Of a stretch of DNA of 64,000 nt, positions 10,777-21,021 are shown one piece after another. Below the pieces are notes generated by a model. It did no database searches, had not been told where the DNA came from, and worked only from the letters and a program-made list of their open reading frames with translations. Where the stretch lies: assembly GCA_044507735.1 (NCBI GenBank), contig JBIQJB010000001.1:192001-256000 (forward strand), read 5' to 3'. This stretch comes from Nitrosopumilales archaeon. GTDB lineage: Archaea > Thermoproteota > Nitrososphaeria > Nitrososphaerales > Nitrososphaeraceae. Made by a program: the position numbers and the translations under genes. Position 1 is the first letter of the stretch, and each line of letters opens with the position of its first letter.

Positions 10777-11709
10777 ATGCAAGTCAGCGGCAAGGTGCTC
10801 GTCTGCGACTCTATTGACCAGACAGGCATTGACAGCATGAAGCGGGCAGGGCTTAACGTCGACTACAAACCCGAGATCAAACCCGCGGAGCTAGTCTCTT
10901 CAGTTAAGGATTATGAAGTCATAGTTGTAAGGAGCAGAACCAAGGTTACAAAGGAGGTCATTGATGCGGCGGCAAACGCCAAGATAATCGCTCGCGTCGG
11001 AGTTGGTCTGGATAACGTGGATGTGAAGGCCGCCGAGGCACGAAAGATCAAAGTCATCAACGCTCCTGAAGCAGCATCTGTCGCTGTAGCAGAGCTCGCC
11101 ATCGGACTCATGATTTCGCTTGCAAGGAGCATACCCCGGGCCGACGCAGAGGGCAAGCGCGGCAACTGGATCAAGAAGGAGCTCATGGGAACGCAACTCT
11201 CTGGCAAGTACCTCGGCATAGTCGGTGTGGGCAACATTGGCAGGAATGTAGGCAGGATGGCAAAGGCACTCCGGATGAACCTGATCGGCTATGATCCTTA
11301 CCCCATAAACCGCGATTTCATTTCAGAGACTGGAATGATAGTAACCGACTTGAACACGCTTTTGGAAAGTGCAGACTTTGTTACTTGCCACGTGCCGGCC
11401 ACTCCAGAGACGAGGCACATGTTTAATGCCGAGCGTTTTGCAAAGATGAAGCCGACAGCCTATCTGGTCAATACTTCAAGGGGGGAGATAATAGATGAGA
11501 ATGCCCTGTACGAGGCGCTGAAGAATGGCACGATTGCAGGCGCAGCCCTTGATGTCTTTGAAGTCGAGCCGCCTACCAACAAGGAATTGCTTGGCCTTCC
11601 AAATCTTATCTGCACGCCACACATTGGAGCACAGACAAAGGAGGCACAGGAGCTTGCTTCCACGGTTATTGCAGAAAAGATAATCCAGATCCTGCGCGGC
11701 GTAATATAG
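10777..11709 (+). CDS. serA: D-3-phosphoglycerate dehydrogenase-like D-2-hydroxyacid dehydrogenase (no ACT domain)
   Basis: ARVGVGLDNVD, GVGNIG, NTSRGEII, LDVFEVEP, TPHIGAQT; start moved to the ATG at 10777. Confidence 0.85.
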   Translation: MQVSGKVLVCDSIDQTGIDSMKRAGLNVDYKPEIKPAELVSSVKDYEVIVVRSRTKVTKEVIDAAANAKIIARVGVGLDNVDVKAAEARKIKVINAPEAASVAVAELAIGLMISLARSIPRADAEGKRGNWIKKELMGTQLSGKYLGIVGVGNIGRNVGRMAKALRMNLIGYDPYPINRDFISETGMIVTDLNTLLESADFVTCHVPATPETRHMFNAERFAKMKPTAYLVNTSRGEIIDENALYEALKNGTIAGAALDVFEVEPPTNKELLGLPNLICTPHIGAQTKEAQELASTVIAEKIIQILRGVI

Positions 11710-11743
11710 ATTATAAAAGGGTAACAGACAGGAGAGGGTTAGT

Positions 11744-12202
11744 ATGCACAGCTATATGACCCAGACATGGCTTCGGATGTGGAAGGAAAACTCTGACGCA
11801 CTCAAGTCAAAGGCGGTAGTCTGGAGGTCGGAGCCAACCATCCATAGGATAGAGAGGCCAAGCAGGCTCGATAGGGCCAGAAGGCTGGGTTACAAGGCAA
11901 AACAAGGCATTGTCGTAGTCCGAGCCCGTGTGGGAAGGGGCGGCATGCGCAAGCAGCGTCCTGTGGCTGGAAGGAGGCCAAAGCACATCGGCGTCGTACA
12001 CATCAAACAAGGCATCAGCATGCGCAAGGTTGCAGAGCGTAGGGTAAACGAGAAATTCCCGAACCTCGAAGTGCTCGGCTCATACTATCTTCACAAGGAT
12101 GGCATGAACATCTGGTATGAAGTGATTCTGGCCGACCCGTCACACCCTGCGATTTCGAAGGACAGAGAAATGCGCGGCAAGCTCAAAGCATTCGCAAAGT
12201 AG
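11744..12202 (+). CDS. rpl15e: 50S ribosomal protein L15e
   Basis: RPSRLDRARRLGYKAKQG, NLEVLGSY, YEVILADPSHP. Confidence 0.97.
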   Translation: MHSYMTQTWLRMWKENSDALKSKAVVWRSEPTIHRIERPSRLDRARRLGYKAKQGIVVVRARVGRGGMRKQRPVAGRRPKHIGVVHIKQGISMRKVAERRVNEKFPNLEVLGSYYLHKDGMNIWYEVILADPSHPAISKDREMRGKLKAFAK

Positions 12203-12224
12203 CAATAATGCCGCCAGCTGCGGC

Positions 12225-12590
12225 TTAGCTGGCTTTTTTCACCAGTTCTCTGTGCTTTCTTAACTCATTAACTGTGGTTACAATGAGTGCCGACTGCAGA
12301 ACATAGCCGCCAAGTATCAGCAAGACTGCATTGAATGGCTTTGAGAATGTAGTCATTATCTGAACATGTGGTGGCGCAAGTGAGTTGCCGATCATCACAA
12401 TCACTGCTAGAGGTATACATACATAGAGTGCCTTTCGGAATCCCTTGTAAGTGAGAACAGTTAGGGCGATGAAGGATAGTTCTAACGCGATCGCCCTATC
12501 GATAAACTGCGGGTCACCAAATGGTATTGCAATTGCACCTACCGCACTAATTAACGCTAGTACTACCACTACCGGGCTGAGAGACATCAC
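12225..12590 (-). CDS. Small multi-pass membrane protein
   Basis: About four hydrophobic segments. Confidence 0.7.
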   Translation of the reverse strand: MMSLSPVVVVLALISAVGAIAIPFGDPQFIDRAIALELSFIALTVLTYKGFRKALYVCIPLAVIVMIGNSLAPPHVQIMTTFSKPFNAVLLILGGYVLQSALIVTTVNELRKHRELVKKAS

Positions 12591-12666
12591 TCGTTTTTTG
12601 TCTGAATTTCAATTAAAGCGTTTCACAATGTAACTATTAATAACGAGCGGAGTACTCTGACGATGT

Positions 12667-13719
12667 ATGAAGGCTGCACGCATAATCAAGACAAAGGAGC
12701 CGCTTGAGATCAAGGACATTGACGTTCCGAAACCAAGGAACGACCAAGTGCTTGTAAAGGTTGAGAGCGCGGGCGTATGTCATAGTGATCTGCATCTGTG
12801 GGAAGGCGGTTACGCCGGTCCTCAGGGCGTTTTTATGAAGGTTGAAGACCGAGGAGTAAAGTTTCCACTTACCCCAGGCCATGAAGTCGCTGGCACCATT
12901 GAAGAGATGGGCGAATCTGTCACCGGCTTTTCCAAGGGCGACAAGGTTCTGGTTTATCCATGGATTGGCGAGGGCACATGTCCTGCGTGCAGAGTAGGTG
13001 AAGAGAACATCTGTGATGCTCCACGCAGCCTCGGCGTGTACCAAGACGGCGGTTATTCTGAATTCGTCCTAGTGCCAAGTCACAAATATCTCGTAAAGTT
13101 GCGAGGGCTTGACCCCGACTCCACCGCATCTCTTGCTTGCTCTGGTCTCACTGCATATACTGCAGTCAAGAAGGCACAATCTCAGCCCGGAGACACTCTT
13201 GTAATAGTGGGCGCAGGCGGCCTGGGGCTCATGGCCGTCCAGATCGCAAAGGCAATTAGCAATGCCAGGATTGCAATCGTGGATATCGATGACAAAAAGC
13301 TAGCGGAGGCCAAAAGGCTAGGGGCAGATGAAGTCATTAACTCTGGGACAGGCGACCCTGTCAAAGGAATCAAGGACGTTACAAACAACTTGGGAGCAGA
13401 GGCAGTAATAGACTTTGTAAACAATGCCAAGACCGCCCCCAACTCTCTCAACATGCTGAGGAAGAGAGGCAGACTCGTCATGGTTGGACTGTTCGGAGGT
13501 TCGCTCGAGTTGAACCTGCCACTTGTCCCGCTACGGGCGTTTAATATAACTGGCGCCTACACCGGCAAGTACGCCGATCTTGTAGAGATGGTAGAGCTTG
13601 CAAGGATGAACAAGATCCAATCAGTCGTGTCAAGAAAGTTCACACTGGATCAGGCAAATCACGCACTGGAAGAGCTGAAGGCCGGAAAGATAATCGGAAG
13701 GGCAGTCATCAATCCATAG
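12667..13719 (+). CDS. adh: Zn-dependent NAD(P) alcohol dehydrogenase
   Basis: GVCHSD, GHE, CPAC...C structural Zn site, GAGGLG. Confidence 0.93.
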   Translation: MKAARIIKTKEPLEIKDIDVPKPRNDQVLVKVESAGVCHSDLHLWEGGYAGPQGVFMKVEDRGVKFPLTPGHEVAGTIEEMGESVTGFSKGDKVLVYPWIGEGTCPACRVGEENICDAPRSLGVYQDGGYSEFVLVPSHKYLVKLRGLDPDSTASLACSGLTAYTAVKKAQSQPGDTLVIVGAGGLGLMAVQIAKAISNARIAIVDIDDKKLAEAKRLGADEVINSGTGDPVKGIKDVTNNLGAEAVIDFVNNAKTAPNSLNMLRKRGRLVMVGLFGGSLELNLPLVPLRAFNITGAYTGKYADLVEMVELARMNKIQSVVSRKFTLDQANHALEELKAGKIIGRAVINP

Positions 13720-13743
13720 GCTGCCCTTACTGGTGCAGTTGCG

Positions 13744-14079
13744 CTACTGCCTCCTGCCAGCATGGAATGCATTCCACACCTTCACGCCGTCGTTTCGCTT
13801 GATGTCTTCAAGGACTGGAGCATAGCCCGGACCGGCAGCCTTTTCCAGTAGCTTCCTCACCTGCTCTTCTCCCTTGAACATTCCGACCCATTCGTCATAC
13901 ACGACCCTTGGGTCTGAGAAGAGCATTGCAAAGGGACTGCGCCCCCTCTTTTTCATGAAATAGTACTCGGCCATTGTAATAAAGCCAGGACCAAATACCG
14001 AGTCGCCTGCTTCAATGAATCTTCTTCTGACCGCCTTGTATGTATCAAGCACGGCTTCAGACCTCTCGTGTGCCTCCAT
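13744..14079 (-). CDS. Hypothetical protein
   Basis: Fills the intergenic space; ATG start with an AT-rich TATA-like box upstream. Confidence 0.65.
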   Translation of the reverse strand: MEAHERSEAVLDTYKAVRRRFIEAGDSVFGPGFITMAEYYFMKKRGRSPFAMLFSDPRVVYDEWVGMFKGEEQVRKLLEKAAGPGYAPVLEDIKRNDGVKVWNAFHAGRRQ

Positions 14080-14201
14080 GCCGCTGCAGACACGGCTTTA
14101 TTATTAACAAGGTCTCATGTTTTTTATTCTACATACTTCTAGCACGGGAACGTCTCAGCAATTTCTGAACCTCTTATAAGGCTTAGAAGACGAGATCAAC
14201 T

Positions 14202-14729
14202 GTGGCAAACGAGGATAAGAGTAATGATGCTACTTATGAAGAGACTGTAGACAGGACTACCTCGGAATCTCCAGCTGGAGTTACAGTTAGAGAAGAGAGG
14301 ACGATAACAACGGCAACCTCGCCGCCGTCCAGCGATGTTGAGAAATACGAGGTTGAATCCATTGAGGCGCCTGAAGTCCCAGAGGAAGAGTCCGTTTCTG
14401 CTAGGGCAAGAGAGGCAGGTAGATCCCTGAAAGACCTTGTCTATTCTCTTGGCAGAAAGACGAGAGAAGTCACAGAAGAAAAGGCCAAAGAGCTAAAGGC
14501 ACAATCAGTCAACGCTGGAGCTTCCACTGACGCAAGGGACATCCAGCACCTAGGCAGCAACGTGGAAGGCTTGATCACAGTTTTCGAGGACACCATGACT
14601 GAGATACGGAAAGAGCCGTACGATGAGCAGGAAAAGCTGCTGGTAGGCTACAAGAAGCTCTTGGAAGAGCAGATTAATGTTATCAATGCAAGGCTTGCAA
14701 TGGCCAAGCGCCTAAAGCCGGGTGCCTGA
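14202..14729 (+). CDS. Acidic, hydrophilic coiled-coil hypothetical protein
   Basis: E/T/S-rich N-terminus, helical C-terminus; TTATAA box upstream. Confidence 0.7.
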   Translation: MANEDKSNDATYEETVDRTTSESPAGVTVREERTITTATSPPSSDVEKYEVESIEAPEVPEEESVSARAREAGRSLKDLVYSLGRKTREVTEEKAKELKAQSVNAGASTDARDIQHLGSNVEGLITVFEDTMTEIRKEPYDEQEKLLVGYKKLLEEQINVINARLAMAKRLKPGA

Positions 14730-14759
14730 CTTTACCAACTATTATTTTGTCAGTTCTTG

Positions 14760-16151
14760 TTATTCGACCAGCAGCTTGCTGGTAATGTCCTTAACCATCA
14801 CAGATTTTATGTTGACGAATTCCTTGATGCCAAATTCTGACAACTCTCTGCCTATGCCTGATTTCTTGATGCCGCCGAAGGGAAGGCGCGGGTCTGACTT
14901 GACCATTTCGTTGACAGACACTATTCCGCTTTCTATCTGACGCGCCAGCCTAATTCCGCGATCAATGTCGGTAGTCCAGATGCTCGCCCCAAGACCAAAT
15001 TCTGAGTTGTTGGCTTCCCTTATCGCCTCCTGCTCATCGTTCACGATAATGATTGGGGCGGCAGGTCCAAATACCTCTTCCCTGACCACTTCCATATCGT
15101 GGTTAACATTTGAGATTATTGTTGGCTCGTAAAAAAAGCCATCACGGTTCACTGGCCGGCCGCCTGTCAGCACCTTGCCTCCTTTGGCCCTTGCATCCTC
15201 AACCTGCTTGGAAAGTGCCTTCCGCTGATTGTCTCTGACAAGAGGACCGACGGTTGTCTTTGGATCAAGCGGGTCTCCCAGGACTTCTGCCTTCGTATTT
15301 TCCACGAACAATCTTGTGAATTTGTCAGCCACTTCTTTTACAACGATAAAACGCTTCGCTGCTATGCAACTCTGACCCGTGTTCAGCAGCCTAGACTGGG
15401 TCGCCATGTGTGCAGTCTGATTCAGCTCTGCATCTTCCAGCACAATGAAAGGGTCACTTCCGCCAAGCTCTAACACAAATTTCTTCAGGCCGCTTGAAGC
15501 AAGCTCGGCCACGCGCCTGCCCGTGTTGACACTGCCAGTAACGGAGACTGCATCGATGCCTGCCTGCACGAGGGCTTCGCCTGCGCGATAGTCGCCGATC
15601 ACTGCCTGAAAAACATTCTCTGGAAAGCCCGCGTCTGCAAAGGCTTCTTCTAACTTGATCGCACTCCCAAGGCATATGCTTGAGTGCTTTAGCACAGCCA
15701 CATTGCCAGCAGTAAGGGCAGGCACTGCAAACCTCATCACCTGCCAGAATGGAAAGTTCCAGGGCATGATGCAGGCCACCACGCCAAGTGGTTCAAATGA
15801 AACAAAGCTCTTGCGAAACTCTGTTGGAATTATTTCATCGCGCAAAAAGACCTCTGCATGCTCCGCATAATAGTCACAAACCCACGCGCACTTTTCGATC
15901 TCGGCGATCGACTGCCTTATCGGCTTGCCCATTTCCTCCGTGATCAGCCGAGCGTATTCTTCACGGTTTTTCCTCATGACTCTGCCAAGCCTGCGCATGT
16001 ATTCGGCCCGCACTGCAAGATCCAAATTTTTCCATTTTGGAAAGGCAGCTCTGGCATCCTTGACCTGTCTGCTGACATCCTCGGGCGTTGCGTTGTCATA
16101 GGATGCAATAACCTTCCCTGTGGCGGGATTGATTGTTTCGATCTTGGGCAT
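14760..16151 (-). CDS. NAD(P)-dependent aldehyde dehydrogenase (succinate-semialdehyde dehydrogenase-like)
   Basis: PWNFPFWQ, LELGGSDP, GQSCIAAKR, EEVFGP, PFGGIKKSGIGRE. Confidence 0.92.
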   Translation of the reverse strand: MPKIETINPATGKVIASYDNATPEDVSRQVKDARAAFPKWKNLDLAVRAEYMRRLGRVMRKNREEYARLITEEMGKPIRQSIAEIEKCAWVCDYYAEHAEVFLRDEIIPTEFRKSFVSFEPLGVVACIMPWNFPFWQVMRFAVPALTAGNVAVLKHSSICLGSAIKLEEAFADAGFPENVFQAVIGDYRAGEALVQAGIDAVSVTGSVNTGRRVAELASSGLKKFVLELGGSDPFIVLEDAELNQTAHMATQSRLLNTGQSCIAAKRFIVVKEVADKFTRLFVENTKAEVLGDPLDPKTTVGPLVRDNQRKALSKQVEDARAKGGKVLTGGRPVNRDGFFYEPTIISNVNHDMEVVREEVFGPAAPIIIVNDEQEAIREANNSEFGLGASIWTTDIDRGIRLARQIESGIVSVNEMVKSDPRLPFGGIKKSGIGRELSEFGIKEFVNIKSVMVKDITSKLLVE

Positions 16152-16193
16152 AGAAGAACTACGCACCTACATGCTAATAAATAAACCAAAAAG

Positions 16194-16357
16194 TCCCGCG
16201 GGCAGGATTTGCCCCAAAAACGGCTTGCTGCCGGTTTTGTTTGAGCCTGCGACTCTTCGGTTACTGCGTTGTGTGCCCGATAGGCTGCTTCACGTGGTCA
16301 GCTACTGAGAAGCCGACATCTACAGCCGAAAGCTCTACCAGGCTGAGCTACCGCGGG
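16194..16357 (-). tRNA. tRNA-Tyr(GTA) with two introns: canonical 37/38 (58 nt) and T-loop 58/59 (32 nt)
   Basis: Acceptor stem CCCGCGG/CCGCGGG+A; D arm GCTC-AGCCTGGTA-GAGC; anticodon stem TTCGG/CCGAA with CTGTAG; T stem GCAGG/CCTGC; bulge-helix-bulge-like junctions; 74 nt after removing both introns. Confidence 0.93.
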
Positions 16358-16397
16358 ACATTTTCGTTTGTTGTAGGAATGATATATAATCGTGGCG

Positions 16398-17357
16398 TCA
16401 GAGATAATTGGTGGCGACGTCGAGCGCAAAGTAAGAGATAATCCTATCCGCACCTGCCCTCCTTATTGATGCGATCGACGATACCTTCCAGTCTTCTTCG
16501 TCTATCATGCCCTTCATCGCTGCAGCCTTTATCATGGCGTATTCGCCACTAACGTTCTGGACTGCAACAGGAACGCGGCATTTGTCTTTTATCATCCTCA
16601 CAAGGTCCAGATATGCGAGCGCAGGCTTTATCATGACCATGTCCGCTCCTTCGTTGATGTCCGTCTCAATTTCCCTAATCACCTGGCGGGGGTTTGAGTA
16701 CGAAACTTGGTATGGCGACTTGTCAAGCTGCGATTTTGCCGCCTTTACAAAAGCCGCGGACCTGAACGGGGTATAGAGCGAAGAGGAATGCTTGGCAGAA
16801 TACGAGAGTATTGAAGCCTTCAGGCCGCGCGCAGCGAGTGCGCTTCTTATCGCATGTACCTGTCCGTCCATCATTGACGACGGAGCGACGACATCTGCTC
16901 CGGCGTTTGCGTGGCTTACTGCGATCTTGGAGAGTACCTCAAGTGTTGCATCATTGTCCACCACGCTACTTCTGTCTGCAATGATGCCGCAGTGTCCTGT
17001 CAGGTTATATTGACAGACGCAAACGTCTGTCACAACTTCTACCGAGCTTCCGAATCCTGACTTGATTGCCCTGGTAGCCTGCTGCACGACGCCATTATCG
17101 TAAAACGCCTGGGACCCTTGGTGGTTTCTGTTTTTTGGTATGCCAAAGACAATAATGGAAGAGATACCAGCATCCAAGACTGACTGGACGTGGCGCTCTA
17201 TCTTGTCGACTGGGGTAACCGACATGCCTGGCATAGAATCTATCTTGTCAGGTCTCTCTGAAACGAATACTGGAAAGATCAGGTGGCTCTTGCGTAGTCC
17301 CGTCGAGGCAAATATCTCCCGGTACCATTCTTTCCGGTCACGTTCGAGCCGTTGCAA
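16398..17357 (-). CDS. hemB: Porphobilinogen synthase
   Basis: DVCVCQYNLTGHCG Zn site, APSSMMDG, MVMIKPALAYLD, VSGEYAMIK. Confidence 0.95.
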   Translation of the reverse strand: MQRLERDRKEWYREIFASTGLRKSHLIFPVFVSERPDKIDSMPGMSVTPVDKIERHVQSVLDAGISSIIVFGIPKNRNHQGSQAFYDNGVVQQATRAIKSGFGSSVEVVTDVCVCQYNLTGHCGIIADRSSVVDNDATLEVLSKIAVSHANAGADVVAPSSMMDGQVHAIRSALAARGLKASILSYSAKHSSSLYTPFRSAAFVKAAKSQLDKSPYQVSYSNPRQVIREIETDINEGADMVMIKPALAYLDLVRMIKDKCRVPVAVQNVSGEYAMIKAAAMKGMIDEEDWKVSSIASIRRAGADRIISYFALDVATNYL

Positions 17358-17449
17358 TGAGTGTTGGTAATGCGTGAATGCGAATATATGTTTTCAATGC
17401 AAAAATCAACCACAAAATTCATAACGTATTCTTGAGCGGAAACTGGTGC

Positions 17450-18343
17450 ATGCACAGGGTAACTGTCGGCATCCCTGCCTACAACGAGGAACAGAACATT
17501 ATCAACCTTCTCAGGTCTCTTGAGGAACAGCGCTCATTGATTTCCGAAGTGATTGTTTCTGACGACTCTTCCGACAGGACACCCAATCTTGTGCGCGACT
17601 TTGCCGATCACTCGGAACTGAAGATCACTCTCTTACACCATGAAGTAAGGAGGGGCGCAGCTGCTGCATGGAATGAAATTTTCCAAAGGGCTTCTGGTGA
17701 TGTTATTGTGCTCTATGACGCAGATACAATTCCACACCCTTCATGCACTGAACAACTAGCATCGCGGATTTCTGGAAAAACTGCACTATGTGCGTCAAAC
17801 TCGCAGCCAGTGCAGGCAACCGGCATTGCCGGCAGGGCGTCTGTGTTTATCGCAAACTGGCTGAGATCGGTAAGACAGGCGGGACTTTCGCAGTACACCG
17901 TAATGGGAAGGGCACTCGCAATAGGCTCAACCGTAGCAAAAAAAATCCAGATACTGTCAGACATTATCGCAATAGATCTTTACTTGCAATGCAGAGTCCT
18001 TGAAATGGGGCTTGATGTAGTCTACAATGACGATGCCGTAGTGTATTTCAGGCCGGCAAACAGCCTGCCTGACATGGCGTCACAGGTGGTGAGAGCGGTC
18101 AACGGCCACAATCAGATAAGGAAGAACATTGAATCGCTTCGAATCGGAATGCCTCGTCATGTTGGAATCGGGGCTGCGTTGAAAAATACTATCTCCGATC
18201 CTGTAGGGGCAATCTCGACTGCCATAGGATATTGTTTGATGCCGTACTATAGGTCAAAGCTCAAGAGCGTAGACTCTGCGAAATGGCATACTGCTGACAG
18301 CTCAAAAGCAATAGACTATCAGCGGCTCAAAGCTAGATTTTGA
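17450..18343 (+). CDS. Glycosyltransferase family 2
   Basis: IPAYNEE, VSDDSSDRT, LYDADT (DxD). Confidence 0.88.
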   Translation: MHRVTVGIPAYNEEQNIINLLRSLEEQRSLISEVIVSDDSSDRTPNLVRDFADHSELKITLLHHEVRRGAAAAWNEIFQRASGDVIVLYDADTIPHPSCTEQLASRISGKTALCASNSQPVQATGIAGRASVFIANWLRSVRQAGLSQYTVMGRALAIGSTVAKKIQILSDIIAIDLYLQCRVLEMGLDVVYNDDAVVYFRPANSLPDMASQVVRAVNGHNQIRKNIESLRIGMPRHVGIGAALKNTISDPVGAISTAIGYCLMPYYRSKLKSVDSAKWHTADSSKAIDYQRLKARF

Positions 18344-18405
18344 CTTGAACACTTTTTTATAACGGCATATTGTGTAAGCAGACTAAAGCAGGTGAAGCCC
18401 GAGAA

Positions 18406-19368
18406 ATGTCAGAGCCGGAAAGGCGTTTTGAGACAATATCTAACAACGACGTAGTGTGGCTGAACATGCAAAAGCCCACCTTTTCTGACATGACTGCACT
18501 TGGGCAGAAATATCCTTTCCAGAGGCTCAACCTCGAGGACTCGCTTTCAAAGATCCAGATACCAAAGATAGACCGGTATGCTGACCACATCTTTGTCATC
18601 CTGCATTTTCCAACTCCTGACAAGGAAAAGGGCTTTCTCTTTAGCCAGCTTGCAATCTTTATGGGCACTGACTATTTGGTGACTATACATCAGGGTGACT
18701 TGAAGCCGCTTGACGAATTGTTCAACATGTGCAAGAGCGATGAACGACAACGCCAACTGACCATGGGAAAATCCGCCGGCTTTTTGCTCCACAAGATAAT
18801 AGATACTCTGGTGGACGACCTGCTGCACATACTCATGAAAGTTGTGGGAAATATCGACGATGTCGAAGACAGCGTTTTCGACGAGCGAATATCAATCCCG
18901 CGTCAAATCTCCCTCTTGCGCAGGGAAATTACCACGCTCAGGAGAATAGTAACCCCGCTTCGAAGGACCGTAGTCGAACTGTCCAAAGAAGTTCAGCGTT
19001 TTTCAAAAGAGGATCTCACAATCTACTTTAACGACGTTCAGGACCACATCGAGAAGGTGTACGAGACGCTTGAGGAGGCAAAAGAGACTGTCGAAATCTA
19101 CAAAGATACCGACTACATGCTCAGCCAAGAAAAGACTAACAAGATTCTTGCAGTCCTCACCATCATCTTCACTCTATCAATCCCAGCCACCGTTGTTGGG
19201 GCATTTTATGGTATGAATATCAACCTTCCTGGCGGTGTCGAGACCGGTCCCTGGACACAGCTTGGCCCATACACTACCCTGATATTCGTCATAATCGTTT
19301 CTTCATTTTCTGCCCTTCTTATGGTATTTTACTTCAGAAGGCTCGGATGGATGGGACCGTCAATGTAA
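18406..19368 (+). CDS. corA: CorA-family Mg2+/Co2+ transporter
   Basis: YGMN signature between two C-terminal TM helices. Confidence 0.93.
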   Translation: MSEPERRFETISNNDVVWLNMQKPTFSDMTALGQKYPFQRLNLEDSLSKIQIPKIDRYADHIFVILHFPTPDKEKGFLFSQLAIFMGTDYLVTIHQGDLKPLDELFNMCKSDERQRQLTMGKSAGFLLHKIIDTLVDDLLHILMKVVGNIDDVEDSVFDERISIPRQISLLRREITTLRRIVTPLRRTVVELSKEVQRFSKEDLTIYFNDVQDHIEKVYETLEEAKETVEIYKDTDYMLSQEKTNKILAVLTIIFTLSIPATVVGAFYGMNINLPGGVETGPWTQLGPYTTLIFVIIVSSFSALLMVFYFRRLGWMGPSM

Positions 19369-19428
19369 CTTGGAATGGTTGTGTACATAAGAGGATAAAT
19401 ACTCGCACAATTACAATCTTGTCTGGAA

Positions 19429-20034
19429 TTGGCGGGGACAAGCGGAGGAGACGTGCATGGCTATGTGTGCACTCCTCACGATAAACAGTCCGGCTCTCTG
19501 CTCGCAAGCTGGAAGAAAAGCGATAATGTAGTTGACATCTATTTTGCTACCGCGACCTTTTCAGAAGAGAGCATTCCCTATTTTCCAAACAAGGCCAATC
19601 ACTACCTGCTTGCGTCCTTCAAGGACATGAATGCGATACTGGAAGATATCCAGAAATCCAACATGGATCGCTTGTCATTTATGTTCAGTTTTTCAGGCCC
19701 CCTCTTTGAGCGCAGTGGCGACAGGCTCAACTATGTTTCTCTATACTTTACAAAATATACTAGCGGAGATCCTGCGTTGAGCGACCTTGCAAACGCGATT
19801 GCCCGGCGCGACCGGGTAAAGAAGGCAAGCCTTGCACAAATGCAGCTTTTGGCGGCAGAGCAGCCCAAGTTCGCATTCCCGTATTCGAAGAATCTGGTCA
19901 TTCTCGAAGTCGAGGGCGAAGCTACTCACCAAACCGACCAGAAATACTGCGAGCGCACAAGGCGCGACGTAGCGAGGAAGGGTATTGCACTCAACAACCT
20001 TGTCAGCTTCTCCATCCTTGAAAAGCTCAAGTGA
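19429..20034 (+). CDS. Hypothetical protein
   Basis: 201-aa ORF with protein-like composition. Confidence 0.7.
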   Translation: MAGTSGGDVHGYVCTPHDKQSGSLLASWKKSDNVVDIYFATATFSEESIPYFPNKANHYLLASFKDMNAILEDIQKSNMDRLSFMFSFSGPLFERSGDRLNYVSLYFTKYTSGDPALSDLANAIARRDRVKKASLAQMQLLAAEQPKFAFPYSKNLVILEVEGEATHQTDQKYCERTRRDVARKGIALNNLVSFSILEKLK

Positions 20035-20494
20035 ACGTCTGCTTCTCTTTAGTTGATTCTACCTGCATTAATCAAATCGCTCAACCATATGTTTGCAACA
20101 ACTAACTAATAGCAAGAAAAAGATCGTATGACTTGGTCCACATGGCGTCATCTTTTTTGCAGTCGGTGATCTGGGATGCCGCCGGCCCCGTGCCGACGCG
20201 AATCACACGCTCTTTCTAACCCTTCTTGTTCATATCCTGTCTCACATGTGCTCCGGCGTTTGTGCTTTCGTTATGGATTCGCTATTTCATCTGCAGTCAG
20301 AGCTCTGTTCTTCATGCAATTATTCTCTTGACAATGCTGGCCATGTGTTTTCCTGCCACCTCAGCTGACTGTGGACTCCCTTAGGCCACTGCCTACAAAG
20401 CCTGTTGATAGTCAAATGTTGATTCCTCAAGCTAACCGGGCGTGTAAGCTAGCTCAAAGCTTAAATATGCAATATTTTCTCTAGCCATTGATTT

Positions 20495-20899
20495 ATGAGC
20501 AAGCCGATGGATCTTGGTGCACTCAAGGTTGGTTCGTACATTGTCATCGACGGCGAACCATGCAGAATTGTTTCATACGATCACAGCAAACCGGGCAAAC
20601 ACGGTTCTGCAAAAGCAAGGATTACGGCCGTGGGAGTCTTTGACGGCAGACCGCATCCATTCGTGGGTCCTGTGTCAACCAAGGTCGAAGTACCACTAAT
20701 TGATAAGCGCAACGGCCAGATCATTTCGAAACAAGGTGACACTCTCCAGATAATGGATCTTGAAACGTTTGAGACCTTTGAGACATCCTCAGTCGAGGAC
20801 GAGATCAAGGAGAAGCTGGCTCAGGGCGACATCCAGGGCCGCGAAGTAGAATACTGGAAGGTCCTTGAGAGGATAAAAATCGTCAGAGTCAAGGGATAA
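20495..20899 (+). CDS. eif5a: Translation factor aIF-5A
   Basis: SKPGKHGSAK hypusination motif. Confidence 0.97.
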   Translation: MSKPMDLGALKVGSYIVIDGEPCRIVSYDHSKPGKHGSAKARITAVGVFDGRPHPFVGPVSTKVEVPLIDKRNGQIISKQGDTLQIMDLETFETFETSSVEDEIKEKLAQGDIQGREVEYWKVLERIKIVRVKG

Positions 20900-21021
20900 A
20901 AGTTCATACAATAGACCAACAGATCGTCCCTTGTGGATGCTGATGAGGTGAAGGAAGAGCCGGCTGACACATCAGTTGATGAGGATTATGAGTCCCGAGG
21001 CATCCATTTCTCTTTTCTCAA

